Source: Candidatus Bathyarchaeota archaeon (GTDB lineage Archaea > Thermoproteota > Bathyarchaeia > Hecatellales > Hecatellaceae). Taken from it: a stretch of DNA of 64,000 bases. This document shows, piece by piece, positions 1-9,144 of the stretch (position 1 is its first letter; each line of letters starts with the position of its first letter). Under the pieces are notes generated by a model. That model was not told where the DNA came from. It ran no database searches and saw only the letters and a list, made by a program, of their open reading frames with translations. The stretch is taken from NCBI GenBank assembly GCA_052246995.1, contig JBQPWD010000003.1, forward strand, positions 96,001 to 160,000, read 5' to 3'. The position numbers and the translations under genes are program-made.

Positions 1-135
1 TATGAGGTTCCGCAGGTTAAGGACTATCTAGACATGCTTAGAGTTCCATCCATTTACATAGAACCCGAGTATGATGTAAAATCATTACCACCCTTAAGAA
101 CAAGGATTGAAGCATTCTTAGAAACAATTTCTTAA
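1..135 (+). CDS. 3' end (partial) of a 2-hydroxyacyl-CoA dehydratase / class I benzoyl-CoA reductase catalytic-module subunit (HgdB/BcrC/BzdN family)
   Basis: Frame 1 reads YEVPQVKDYLDMLRVPSIYIEPEYDVKSLPPLRTRIEAFLETIS* (TAA 133-135). RTRIEAFLE is the typical C-terminus of this family, and it lies directly upstream of two activase genes. Confidence 0.8.
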   Translation, partial: YEVPQVKDYLDMLRVPSIYIEPEYDVKSLPPLRTRIEAFLETIS

Positions 136-177
136 CTCTTAAAAATAATCTTAACTTTTTTATTAAACGGGAGTTTA

Positions 178-1020
178 ATGTATTTTGTAGGAGTTGATAT
201 AGGTTCAACCTTCACCAAGGTTGTAATAGTAGATTCTAACGGTGATATTGCCTCTAAAGTCGAGGTCCCAACAAGGGCTGAACAACGTAAATTAGCCAAC
301 AAGGTTATGGTTGAAGCATTAAACCAGACAAAGCTCTCTCTTGATGAAGTAGCTTACATTGTAGCCACAGGTTATGGCAGGTTTAATGTTCCTTTTGCAG
401 ATCGTCAAGTTACAGAGTTAACATGTCATGCTAAAGGTATATCTACTCTGTTTCCTTCAGTGAAAACCGCTATTGACATTGGTGGACAGGATTCCAAGGG
501 ACTTAAAATTAAGGATGGAAAACTGGTTAATTTTGTTACAAATGATAAATGTGCAGCCGGAACTGGAAGATTTCTTGAAGTTATGGCGGATTTGTTAAAT
601 CTTAAAGTTGAAGATTTGGGAAAAATTTCCTTAAAATCAACAAGAAAAGTTAAAATTAGCAGCATATGTACAGTTTTTGCACGGTATGAGGTTATGGCAA
701 AAATTTCTGAGAATGTTCCCATTGAAGATGTGATTGCAGGTTTACATTCTTCTATAGCTGACAGAATCATCAGAATGGTAAGTAGAATTGGTATTGAACC
801 TGATGTTGCCGTTACAGGAGGAGTTGCAAAGAATGTTGGTGTTGTTAAGGCTATAGAAGAGTTGTTAGGGTATAAGGTTCTTGTTCCAGATGATCCATTA
901 ATCACGGGAGCTTTGGGTGCAGCAATAATAGGAAAAAACATTATTGAGGAAGCGTTAAGGAGAGGAGAGGTTGTTAAAAAAGGACCGCGCCGCCTTGAGG
1001 AGGTTACATTTTACTGGTAG
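178..1020 (+). CDS. ASKHA-type ATPase activase subunit (BcrA/BzdQ/HgdC family)
   Basis: Motifs GVDIGSTFTK, VATGYGR, IDIGGQDSK, NDKCAAGTGRF, SSICTVF, GGVAKN; both [4Fe-4S] Cys present. Confidence 0.88.
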   Translation: MYFVGVDIGSTFTKVVIVDSNGDIASKVEVPTRAEQRKLANKVMVEALNQTKLSLDEVAYIVATGYGRFNVPFADRQVTELTCHAKGISTLFPSVKTAIDIGGQDSKGLKIKDGKLVNFVTNDKCAAGTGRFLEVMADLLNLKVEDLGKISLKSTRKVKISSICTVFARYEVMAKISENVPIEDVIAGLHSSIADRIIRMVSRIGIEPDVAVTGGVAKNVGVVKAIEELLGYKVLVPDDPLITGALGAAIIGKNIIEEALRRGEVVKKGPRRLEEVTFYW

Positions 1021-1035
1021 GAGGAAAGTAACAGT

Positions 1036-1833
1036 ATGAAATCAAGATTTTTTATGGGTATTGATATAGGTGTAGGTACAAGTAAGGGTGTTATAATAAA
1101 TGAAGAAGAGAACATAGTAGCATGCCATATATTACCTTCAGGTTTCAACTATAACTTGGCCGCTCAAAAACTTTTAAATGAACTTCTAGTTAAGGCTGGT
1201 TTAACTATGGAAAACTTATCTTATGTTGTAGCTACTGGTCAAGGTTCACCTAGTGTTGATTTTGCTAATGAGGAAGTTACAGATATTGTTTGTTGTGCAA
1301 GAGGAATAAATAAGTTGTTTCCCTCAGTAAGGACAGTTATCGATTTAGGTGAACAAACTAGTAGAGTTATTCATGTTGATAAAGATGGGTATGTAGCAAA
1401 TTTTATTGTTTCTGAAAAATGTGCTGGAGGTAGTGGATACATTTTACGTGTTGTTGCTAACATTTTACGTGTAAAATTAGAGGATTTAGGGGCTTTATCC
1501 CTTGCATCTAAAAATCCCATTAGCTTTACAACTAGATGTGCAGTTTTTGCTGAAACCGAGATTGTTTCAATGGTTGCTGAAGGCTTCCAGAAGGAGGATA
1601 TTGTCGCAGGAATCCATAAAGCATTAGCCGACAAAATTTTTGAGCTTGTTAACCGTGTAGGCTTAAAGGAGCCATGTGCAATTGCTGGTGGAGGCGGATG
1701 TGATGCTGGATTTATTAAAAGTTTGAAAGAAAGATTAGGAGTAGAAATAGTTATACCCCCTCAACCCCAGATAATCCTAGCTTTAGGCGCGGCAGTAATA
1801 GGTAAGAAAATTTTAAATAAACAAAATTTTTAA
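1036..1833 (+). CDS. Second activase subunit (BcrD/BzdP-like)
   Basis: GIDIG, VATGQG (degenerate TGYGR, as in delta subunits), EKCAGGSG, RCAVFAETE; paralogue of the preceding gene; GGAGG SD upstream. Confidence 0.82.
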   Translation: MKSRFFMGIDIGVGTSKGVIINEEENIVACHILPSGFNYNLAAQKLLNELLVKAGLTMENLSYVVATGQGSPSVDFANEEVTDIVCCARGINKLFPSVRTVIDLGEQTSRVIHVDKDGYVANFIVSEKCAGGSGYILRVVANILRVKLEDLGALSLASKNPISFTTRCAVFAETEIVSMVAEGFQKEDIVAGIHKALADKIFELVNRVGLKEPCAIAGGGGCDAGFIKSLKERLGVEIVIPPQPQIILALGAAVIGKKILNKQNF

Positions 1834-1866
1834 CTATACCTCCTAACTTAAGATTAACGGTTATGG

Positions 1867-3123
1867 GTGGAAAAATTGACAAGAGTTTTTGTTTTAAGTG
1901 CACGTAGAACTCCGTTTGGAAGGTTTGGTGGCTCATTGAGTAATTTAGCACCTGAGGGAAAACTTATAATAGAGCTTACTATGGTGGTGTTTAAAGAACT
2001 GCTGGAAAAGGCGAAAAAATCTTCAGAGGAGGTTGATGAGATATACTGGGGGGTTGGTGACAGCTCTCAGTGTCAGGATGTGTATACGCCGGTAGTTGCA
2101 AGACAAGCTTGGCTTAAATGTGGCTTTAACCCTAAAAAGTTTATTCTTGATATTGACCGAGCTTGTTGTTCTGGAATGGATGCTTTAATGCTTGGGTATA
2201 GAAGTATTTTACTGGGTGAAGCTAAGGTAGCAATAGGTGGAGGAGTTACATGCTTTAGCCAGGAACCATTGATAATTAGAGGTTTAAGGTGGAGAGGTTA
2301 TAGACTTGGTTTAGAGAGTATCATAATAGAGGATCCACTTTACAGGCTTGGGTACAAAGATTTTAACCCTGTTGCTGTTGATACTGGGGAAGTTGCCTTG
2401 GAATATGGTGTCTCCAGGGAAGAACAGGATATTTGGGCTTTACGTAGCCACCAAAGATATGGAAAAGCGTGGCAGGAAGGAAAATTTAAAGATGAAATTA
2501 TATCTTTAGAGATCCCTCTAAGAGATGAAAAAGGGAAAATTGTTGGTAGCAAGGTTTTAGATATAGATGAGCAATATAGGCCTGATGCCAGCTTAGAGAA
2601 GCTTTCAAAGCTTCCAACAATCTATGGAAGCCCAACGGTAACAGCTGGGAATGCCCCTGGCTTAAATGATGGTGCTGCTGGTTGCTTAATTGCAAGCGAG
2701 GAAAAAGTAGGAAATTGTAAGCCTTTGGGTGAAATTGTAGCCATGGCTTATGCGGCGCAGGAGGCTAGATATATAGCTTCAGTTCCAGCTTACGCTATAA
2801 TCAAGGTTTTAGAAAAAGCTAAGCTAAGTTTAGATGACATAAAACTTATAGAGATTAATGAAGCCTTTGCAGCTCAACCATTAGTTTCAACAAAAATCCT
2901 ATGTCAAGAATATTATGTAGGAAATGAGGAAAAGCTTAAAGAGATACGTGAAAAAACAAATGTTAATGGGTCAGCAATAGCTGCGGGTCATCCAAATACT
3001 GCTAGCGGTGCAAGATTGGTGATGCATCTACTCTATGAGCTTAGAAGAAGAGGTGGTGGATATGGTGTTGCGGCAATTTGCGGGGGTTTAGCTCAAGGTT
3101 CAGCATGCATAGTAAAAGTTTAG
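1867..3123 (+). CDS. Thiolase (acetyl-CoA C-acyltransferase)
   Basis: RTPFGRFGG, RACCSG (nucleophile Cys), TAGNAPGLNDGAA, EINEAFA, GHP and ICGG motifs. Confidence 0.92.
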   Translation: MEKLTRVFVLSARRTPFGRFGGSLSNLAPEGKLIIELTMVVFKELLEKAKKSSEEVDEIYWGVGDSSQCQDVYTPVVARQAWLKCGFNPKKFILDIDRACCSGMDALMLGYRSILLGEAKVAIGGGVTCFSQEPLIIRGLRWRGYRLGLESIIIEDPLYRLGYKDFNPVAVDTGEVALEYGVSREEQDIWALRSHQRYGKAWQEGKFKDEIISLEIPLRDEKGKIVGSKVLDIDEQYRPDASLEKLSKLPTIYGSPTVTAGNAPGLNDGAAGCLIASEEKVGNCKPLGEIVAMAYAAQEARYIASVPAYAIIKVLEKAKLSLDDIKLIEINEAFAAQPLVSTKILCQEYYVGNEEKLKEIREKTNVNGSAIAAGHPNTASGARLVMHLLYELRRRGGGYGVAAICGGLAQGSACIVKV

Positions 3124-3201
3124 AAAAAATTTATTTAAAAAAGTAAGTTTTTAAGGTTTAAAATAAAAGGTTTGATTTTAATTCAGGCTTATCTTTCAAA
3201 A

Positions 3202-4104
3202 TTACTTTTTCTTTTGTATTTTAAAGTAATCGTAGAAGCCTCCCCTACTTCCAGGCTTTGTTCTTGGATCTCCAAGGAAGCCTGCTGTAACAAGCTTTCT
3301 TAGTATTAGTGGTGCGGCATATCTTGAATCTTTAGTTCGGTCATAAACATACTCACATACGTGGAGCATGGTGTCTAACCCTATAAGGTCTGAAAGTTCA
3401 AATGGTCCCATTGGAAATCCGAAAGCCATTTTACACATATCATCAATCTCTTTTATTCCTGCAATTCCTAACTCAAAAAGCCTGATGGCTTCACATATCC
3501 AGTTTGTAATAAATCTTGATGTAAAGAAGCCTGGGCCATCACTAGCCTCAATTGGAATTTTATCAAGTTTTTTTGAAAGCTCAACCGTAATGTTGAATGT
3601 TTCATCTGAGGTTAACGTTCCCCTAATAACCTCTATGAGCCTCATAACTGGTGCAGGATTAAACCAATGCATCCCAACAAACCTTTCAGGCCTTTTAACA
3701 GCTGTTGCAAGCTCAGTAATCATTATGCTTGAAGTGTTTGATGCTATGATTGTTTCAGGGGAAACTATCTCGCTAACCTGTTTAAAAACTTTTTTCTTGA
3801 GTTCAGGATCCTCGGGTATAGCTTCAATAACATACTGGGCTTTGTTAAGCATGTTTAAATCTGTTGTAGGCTTAATCCTACTAATAACTTTATCAACATC
3901 TTCAGGCTTAATTTTTCCTTTCTCAACAAGCCTTGTTAAGCCGAAGGGACCACTTCTTATAAGTTCCATCGCTTTCTTTAAAAATTCATCCTTAACATCT
4001 ACAAGAACTATGTCATATCCCGACCTTGCACAAACTTGCGCTATACCGTGACCCATTACACCAGATCCAATTACACCTATAACCTTAATGTCCTCAATCT
4101 TCAA
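3202..4104 (-). CDS. hbd: 3-hydroxyacyl-CoA (3-hydroxybutyryl-CoA) dehydrogenase
   Basis: GVIGSGVMGHGIAQ Rossmann motif, ASNTSSI, GMHWFNPAPVMRLIE, PMGPFELSDLIGLD. Confidence 0.9.
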   Translation of the reverse strand: MKIEDIKVIGVIGSGVMGHGIAQVCARSGYDIVLVDVKDEFLKKAMELIRSGPFGLTRLVEKGKIKPEDVDKVISRIKPTTDLNMLNKAQYVIEAIPEDPELKKKVFKQVSEIVSPETIIASNTSSIMITELATAVKRPERFVGMHWFNPAPVMRLIEVIRGTLTSDETFNITVELSKKLDKIPIEASDGPGFFTSRFITNWICEAIRLFELGIAGIKEIDDMCKMAFGFPMGPFELSDLIGLDTMLHVCEYVYDRTKDSRYAAPLILRKLVTAGFLGDPRTKPGSRGGFYDYFKIQKKK

Positions 4105-4238
4105 CTTTAAACCCCTATTAACATTTTCTTCCTAACTTTATAAAAACTTTCTTATCATTCTTTTTAAAAAAGTGAAGCAAATATATAAATACGCGAACTG
4201 TCCTTCTCTTATAATTATTGTTTTAGGAGGACTAACCA

Positions 4239-6458
4239 ATGGTCTATGAAGAAATAAGAAAGAAAGTTAAAATGTGGAGGGAACCTTCAAAAGAAGAATT
4301 GGAAGAAATAAGAAAAATGGTAAGGGAAGCTTTTCCACGCGAAAGTGAAGAGTTCGTTGAGGAGTTAACATTAAACCTCTCCCAAGTTCAGCCAACCTTA
4401 AGGAAGTTTTACGTATGGAATGAAAAAGATAAAAAGGAAGGGAAAAAGGTTCCTTTAGGTCAAAGGGAGCTTTGGCCTAATCCAGCTCAATATGTTGTTG
4501 AGGCTCTCAAGGAACACAATGTGGAATGTGTTTTCGGTATACAGGGAGGGCACTTCTGGTCTGTAACCGACCTCATAAGCATGTATGGAATAAAAACCTA
4601 CGTGTTTCATCATGAATCTTCTTGTATGTATGCTGCAGAAGCCTATGCAAGAACTAAAAGAAAAGCTGCAGTATGCTATGTAACTGTGGGTCCTGGAACA
4701 ACAAACTTCTTCTCAGGTTTATATCAAGCTAGATTAAGCTGTACTCCTATTGTGTGTATTGTTGCTGGAAACGAGTCTCAAAGTAGAGATATGTACACTA
4801 TACAAGCACATTGGGCTGAAACCAATTTAAGCGGCGCTGCTAAATGGGTTAGACGTATGGAGCACTCAGCAATGATAAAGCGTTATATGACTTGGGGCTT
4901 TAGAATTGCGCAAACTTATCCATGCGGCCCTGTTGTTCTTGAATTCCCCTATCACCTACACTGGGATCCAGAGTGCTTTAAGGGTGAAAATAGACTTGGT
5001 AAACATGTTATTGAAGCTGTATTTGGGCAGCATGCATACTACAGAGAAAAATGGTATGGAGATAGAACTGATGATAACCCTAAAACATGGATGCCTGGCC
5101 CTAAGCCTGAATTAATCAAGGAGGCTGTTGAGGTCTTATGGAAATCTGAGAGACCTGTAATTGCTGTTGGTGACGGTGCATACTGGTCTGCTTGCGAAAA
5201 GGAACTTAAGGAATTTGCGGACTATACTCACATCCCGGTTATGACTAGAAGAGCTGGTAGAGGTATGATTGATGAACTTGGAGAAACTCCATACATGTCA
5301 AGGTTTATTACTCACAAAAGCTTTTCACGTTACCGTGGTCAAATTGATCTCATCCTAAACTTGGGTGTTAAGTTAAGCATGTTTGACTGGTATGGAGCGG
5401 ATTGGCCTGCAACAATTTCAATACTTCCAGCTATGGATCCAAGAGAAGCCTGTGGTCATGTTTGGACTTGGCTTGACACAAAAGTTTTAATAATTAGCGA
5501 CATCCAGACAGCACTTCAAGCCATGCTTGACTATATTAAGCAAAAGGGTCTAAAGCCTAGGAAGGAGTGGATTGAGTTTGGAGATACTGTAATGAAGATG
5601 GAGAAAAAGTGGATGGAGGAGAGGCTTAAGGCTTCAGAAGAATTTAAGCATATGAGTCCTGTTGCTTGGCCCTATCTTCTAGCGGCTATCCATAAAGTCT
5701 TGATGGAAAGATATAACTTTATGAATACAATTGTCCAAGATGGATACACAATATCACAGATGGCGGGAGGGTATGAGAGATTCCGTTATCCAGGGCAGCT
5801 TATAGAGTGCGCTGAACAGGCTGGAGTAGGTCATGGTGTAGGTCAATCTATAGGTGCTGCAATAGCTCAAGGTGAATTTGCTAAGAAGTATCCGATCCTA
5901 GTTTTGCTTGGTGATGCAGGTGCAGGTCTTCACGGTATGGATATAGAAACAGCATTAAAGTATAAACTGCCAATAGTATATCTGATCACAAACAACGATG
6001 GATGGCTTACGGGTGCTAAATGGATTTACTATGGAAAGAATTGGGATGCTTTAGGATACTTAGGACATAACCAAGATAAGGAGTTTGGAACATCAGAGTT
6101 CTTACCAGACATAAGATGGGATAAAATGTTTGAGGTTATTGGTTGTCATGGTGAATGGGTTACTAAGGGTGAGGAAGTTTTACCTGCTCTCAATAGGGCT
6201 TTTGATTCTGCTGAGAAATGTATACCTGCGGTGGTAAACGTAGATATGTGGCCAGGATGGATGAGCCCCGGAGCTCAAACATATGCCTACCAGATAAGCT
6301 GGGGTCACATACCATGGGAAATTTGTCCAAAGAAGGGTAAGGCTTTACGCAGATGGTGGCTTGCCCATGAGTTTGATTGGGAGAAGCTTGGTATACCTGT
6401 ACCTGAAGCTCCACCAGACCCATACTATCCAACTACAGAATGGGAAGCTGAGCCATAA
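4239..6458 (+). CDS. Large ThDP-dependent enzyme, 2-hydroxyacyl-CoA lyase/oxalyl-CoA decarboxylase/AHAS superfamily (paralogue 1)
   Basis: Catalytic Glu in HHE..AAEAYAR, VGPGTTN, ThDP motif GDAGAG..MDIETA..YKLPIVYLITNNDG; about 80-aa N-terminal extension; AGGAGG SD. Confidence 0.85.
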   Translation: MVYEEIRKKVKMWREPSKEELEEIRKMVREAFPRESEEFVEELTLNLSQVQPTLRKFYVWNEKDKKEGKKVPLGQRELWPNPAQYVVEALKEHNVECVFGIQGGHFWSVTDLISMYGIKTYVFHHESSCMYAAEAYARTKRKAAVCYVTVGPGTTNFFSGLYQARLSCTPIVCIVAGNESQSRDMYTIQAHWAETNLSGAAKWVRRMEHSAMIKRYMTWGFRIAQTYPCGPVVLEFPYHLHWDPECFKGENRLGKHVIEAVFGQHAYYREKWYGDRTDDNPKTWMPGPKPELIKEAVEVLWKSERPVIAVGDGAYWSACEKELKEFADYTHIPVMTRRAGRGMIDELGETPYMSRFITHKSFSRYRGQIDLILNLGVKLSMFDWYGADWPATISILPAMDPREACGHVWTWLDTKVLIISDIQTALQAMLDYIKQKGLKPRKEWIEFGDTVMKMEKKWMEERLKASEEFKHMSPVAWPYLLAAIHKVLMERYNFMNTIVQDGYTISQMAGGYERFRYPGQLIECAEQAGVGHGVGQSIGAAIAQGEFAKKYPILVLLGDAGAGLHGMDIETALKYKLPIVYLITNNDGWLTGAKWIYYGKNWDALGYLGHNQDKEFGTSEFLPDIRWDKMFEVIGCHGEWVTKGEEVLPALNRAFDSAEKCIPAVVNVDMWPGWMSPGAQTYAYQISWGHIPWEICPKKGKALRRWWLAHEFDWEKLGIPVPEAPPDPYYPTTEWEAEP

Positions 6459-6552
6459 CAAGATGGCTTACCCAAATACTTTTATTTTTTGATATTTTCC
6501 TTTACGTTAAAAATTTTAGAAATTTTTAGGCCTTATAGGGAGGGGGCTATTT

Positions 6553-7578
6553 TTGCCTCAAATAGATGATGTTAAATTTGGACTTGAAACAACAGTCTTA
6601 CCTAACAAAAGTCCAGAATTTTTTTCAAGTATTGAGAAAAACGGGTTTGATAGTATTTGGGTTAATGACCACTTTCTACCATGGTCTGACAGAGATGGTG
6701 AAAGATTTCCTTTTTCAAATTTTATGCAGTGGGTTTACCTGCCGTTAATTTTAAGTTATACATCTAAAGTTAAGGTTGGAACAGCAGTTACATGCCCATT
6801 ATTCCGATACCATCCAGCAATAGTGGCCCAGTATTTTGCACAATTAGATTGGACTTTTCCTGGAAGAGTTATACTTGGGGTAGGTACAGGTGAAATGATT
6901 AACGAAAGTCCCTTTGGGTTATGGCCAAGTCTTAAAGAGAGACGTGAAAGGCTTGCAGAAGCTGTTAGGCTTATAAGAATGCTTTGGGAAAAGAAAGACT
7001 ACTTTACATTTGAAGGAAAGTATTATCAGCTTAAAAATGCAAAACTTTACGTAAGACCTAAAGAAAAAATACCCATAATAGTTTCTGCAGGAGGACCTAA
7101 AGCTGCAGAACTTGCAGGTGAAATTGGAGACGGCATTATGGCTTTTTCAGGCTCCCCAGCAGAAGTGGAAGATAGGATACTTAAACCTTACCGTGAAAGT
7201 GTAAAAAAAACTGGAAAAAAGTTTGAGGAAATGGAGAGAACTTTATACATTTTTGGTGGTGTTGTTGACCCAAACATTTTAACAAAAATTCTTAGAGGGT
7301 TAAAAAGAACAGTAATATGGACTTTCGAGGAAGCACATAAGAAAGCTGACCCTAGAGAAATTGACCAGCTTGTTGAAGCAGCTCCTGAAAGTATAGTTTT
7401 AGAGAAATCAGCATTTGTAACTTCTGTTGACGAACTAATAGATCGTCTTGAAAAATATGTAAAGGCAGGGATAAACCACTTTATCTTTGCAGATTTTACA
7501 AACAGTATAGCTCGCAAGCCTGATGAAATTTCAGATATTTGGAGTAAAAAAGTCATTCCATACTTCAAGGGGAAGTAG
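6553..7578 (+). CDS. LLM-class oxidoreductase, probably F420-dependent (Fgd/G6PDH-F420-like)
   Basis: GFDSIWVNDHFLPW, GTAVTCP..RYHPAIVAQ, GRVILGVGTGE..NE, AGGPKAAELAG. Confidence 0.85.
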   Translation: MPQIDDVKFGLETTVLPNKSPEFFSSIEKNGFDSIWVNDHFLPWSDRDGERFPFSNFMQWVYLPLILSYTSKVKVGTAVTCPLFRYHPAIVAQYFAQLDWTFPGRVILGVGTGEMINESPFGLWPSLKERRERLAEAVRLIRMLWEKKDYFTFEGKYYQLKNAKLYVRPKEKIPIIVSAGGPKAAELAGEIGDGIMAFSGSPAEVEDRILKPYRESVKKTGKKFEEMERTLYIFGGVVDPNILTKILRGLKRTVIWTFEEAHKKADPREIDQLVEAAPESIVLEKSAFVTSVDELIDRLEKYVKAGINHFIFADFTNSIARKPDEISDIWSKKVIPYFKGK

Positions 7579-7638
7579 GTAGGCCGTTATGCTGCAAATA
7601 TTTAAACTATAAAACCTCCTCTTTTTAAGGTCTTTTTT

Positions 7639-8844
7639 ATGGAAAAAAAGTTTTATGTTGCAAGGAAAAACAGAAGTATCTGCTCAAGATGCGAGTATCA
7701 TCTTTACTGTTTAATGATGTTTCCATGCGGTTCTTCTTGTTCAGGATGTGGTGTATGCTTTTTGGCATGCCCATATGAGGCTGTCGAGCTTGTTGAAAGG
7801 GAAAACATAAAAGAAGTCCCAGTTTATGTTGATGGAGAAAAGCTTTATCTTCCTGAGAATGTTCCGATTAAAAATGCTTTAGAATCCATAGGGTTAAGCA
7901 TATGTAAAGAGGAGGCTGAAGACTGGTTGTGCTGTAGTGGCGGGTGCTGGAATTGCGCGGTTATGGTTGATGGAACCTTAGTTCAAAGTTGCATAACCGG
8001 GGTTAGAAGAAATATGAGGATAGAAACAAAATTTAAACATGAACCAGTAAGGGGTGTTGGAGATTTTATGACTGGAGGTGGAAAAACAATTGTCGAAACA
8101 GATGATGGAATAATCTACGATAATGTTGAAGTTGTATGTCTTACATGTGGTTGCAACCTTCATTGTCCTCAATGTTTTAACTGGATGTTAACATACAACA
8201 GCAATTGTAATCCTTTAACAGCAAAAGAAACAGCAAGGATACTTGTAAGAAAATCTAGGTTTATAAATACAAGAAGAATAGCTGTTAGTGGGGGAGAAAG
8301 TACACTAAATAATCGTTGGCTTTTAAAACTTGTTGAGGAAATCAAAAAATTATGCGTCGAAAATGGAAGAGAAAATTATGTTAAGGTAGACACAAACGGT
8401 TCAACGTTAACACCTGAGTATATTGATAAGCTTGTAGAAACAGGCGTAAAAGAATTTACTATAGATCTGAAAGGGCTGAATGTTCAAACTTTCATGAGAA
8501 TTACAGGGTTAAAAAATGAAGAGCTAGCTGGAAAATATCTCAATAGAGCTTGGAACGCTGCGAAATATATTGTAGACAAGTACAACGGTAAAGTTATGGT
8601 TGAGGTTGGAATACCCTACAATAGTAAGCTGATTTCAATAGAAGAGATGCGGCAAATAGGTAAAAAGCTAAATCTCATTGATAACAATATTTACACTTAT
8701 GTCATAGATTATAAACCCGCATTTAGAAGAAGAGATCTATCTCCCCCATCATACGGGGAAATGGTAGAAATTTATAAACTTTTAAAGGGAGAAGGGTTAA
8801 AGAGGGTTTTTATGAACTTCCCAAAGAATAATTTTAACTGGTAA
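7639..8844 (+). CDS. Radical SAM protein (PflA/activase-like) with N-terminal 4Fe-4S and 2Fe-2S-type domains
   Basis: CSGCGVCFLACP ferredoxin motif, CCSGGCWNC..C, GCNLHCPQC (CxxxCxxC), SGGE, DTNG. Confidence 0.85.
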   Translation: MEKKFYVARKNRSICSRCEYHLYCLMMFPCGSSCSGCGVCFLACPYEAVELVERENIKEVPVYVDGEKLYLPENVPIKNALESIGLSICKEEAEDWLCCSGGCWNCAVMVDGTLVQSCITGVRRNMRIETKFKHEPVRGVGDFMTGGGKTIVETDDGIIYDNVEVVCLTCGCNLHCPQCFNWMLTYNSNCNPLTAKETARILVRKSRFINTRRIAVSGGESTLNNRWLLKLVEEIKKLCVENGRENYVKVDTNGSTLTPEYIDKLVETGVKEFTIDLKGLNVQTFMRITGLKNEELAGKYLNRAWNAAKYIVDKYNGKVMVEVGIPYNSKLISIEEMRQIGKKLNLIDNNIYTYVIDYKPAFRRRDLSPPSYGEMVEIYKLLKGEGLKRVFMNFPKNNFNW

Positions 8845-8878
8845 AGTCAAGAAAGTAAAAGTTGTGAATACCTGTTAT

Positions 8879-9112
8879 CTATGGATTTTTAGGTTTAAAT
8901 TTTTCACAACCAGCTTCTTCTTTACATAATATTAGTTGTTTAAGGATGCAGACGTTAAAAATTCTTCCTGCTTCAGCTACAAAGGGAGCTTGTTCAAAAT
9001 ATTCTGCTATATAGTAATGCTGGTAGACCTCTCCAGTACAAGAATATTTATATCCGAAACAATTCATTTCATGCAGTTTTTTGTAGTAAACGCAATCCTT
9101 GCAACTCAACAT
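8879..9112 (-). CDS. Small Cys-rich hypothetical protein (77 aa), possible Fe-S/Zn binding
   Basis: ATG at 9112 after GGTG; MLSCKDC...NVC...C...GCEKFKPKNP* fills the gap between the radical SAM and amiS-like genes. Confidence 0.5.
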   Translation of the reverse strand: MLSCKDCVYYKKLHEMNCFGYKYSCTGEVYQHYYIAEYFEQAPFVAEAGRIFNVCILKQLILCKEEAGCEKFKPKNP

Positions 9113-9144
9113 AAACACCAAAAAAAGAGGTTGTTTTTTACTAG

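Noticed and set aside
426-4051. Long antisense ORFs (426..941, 3368..4051) and many similar ones across the window
   Set aside because: They are shadows of well-supported genes on the opposite strand and carry no motifs.
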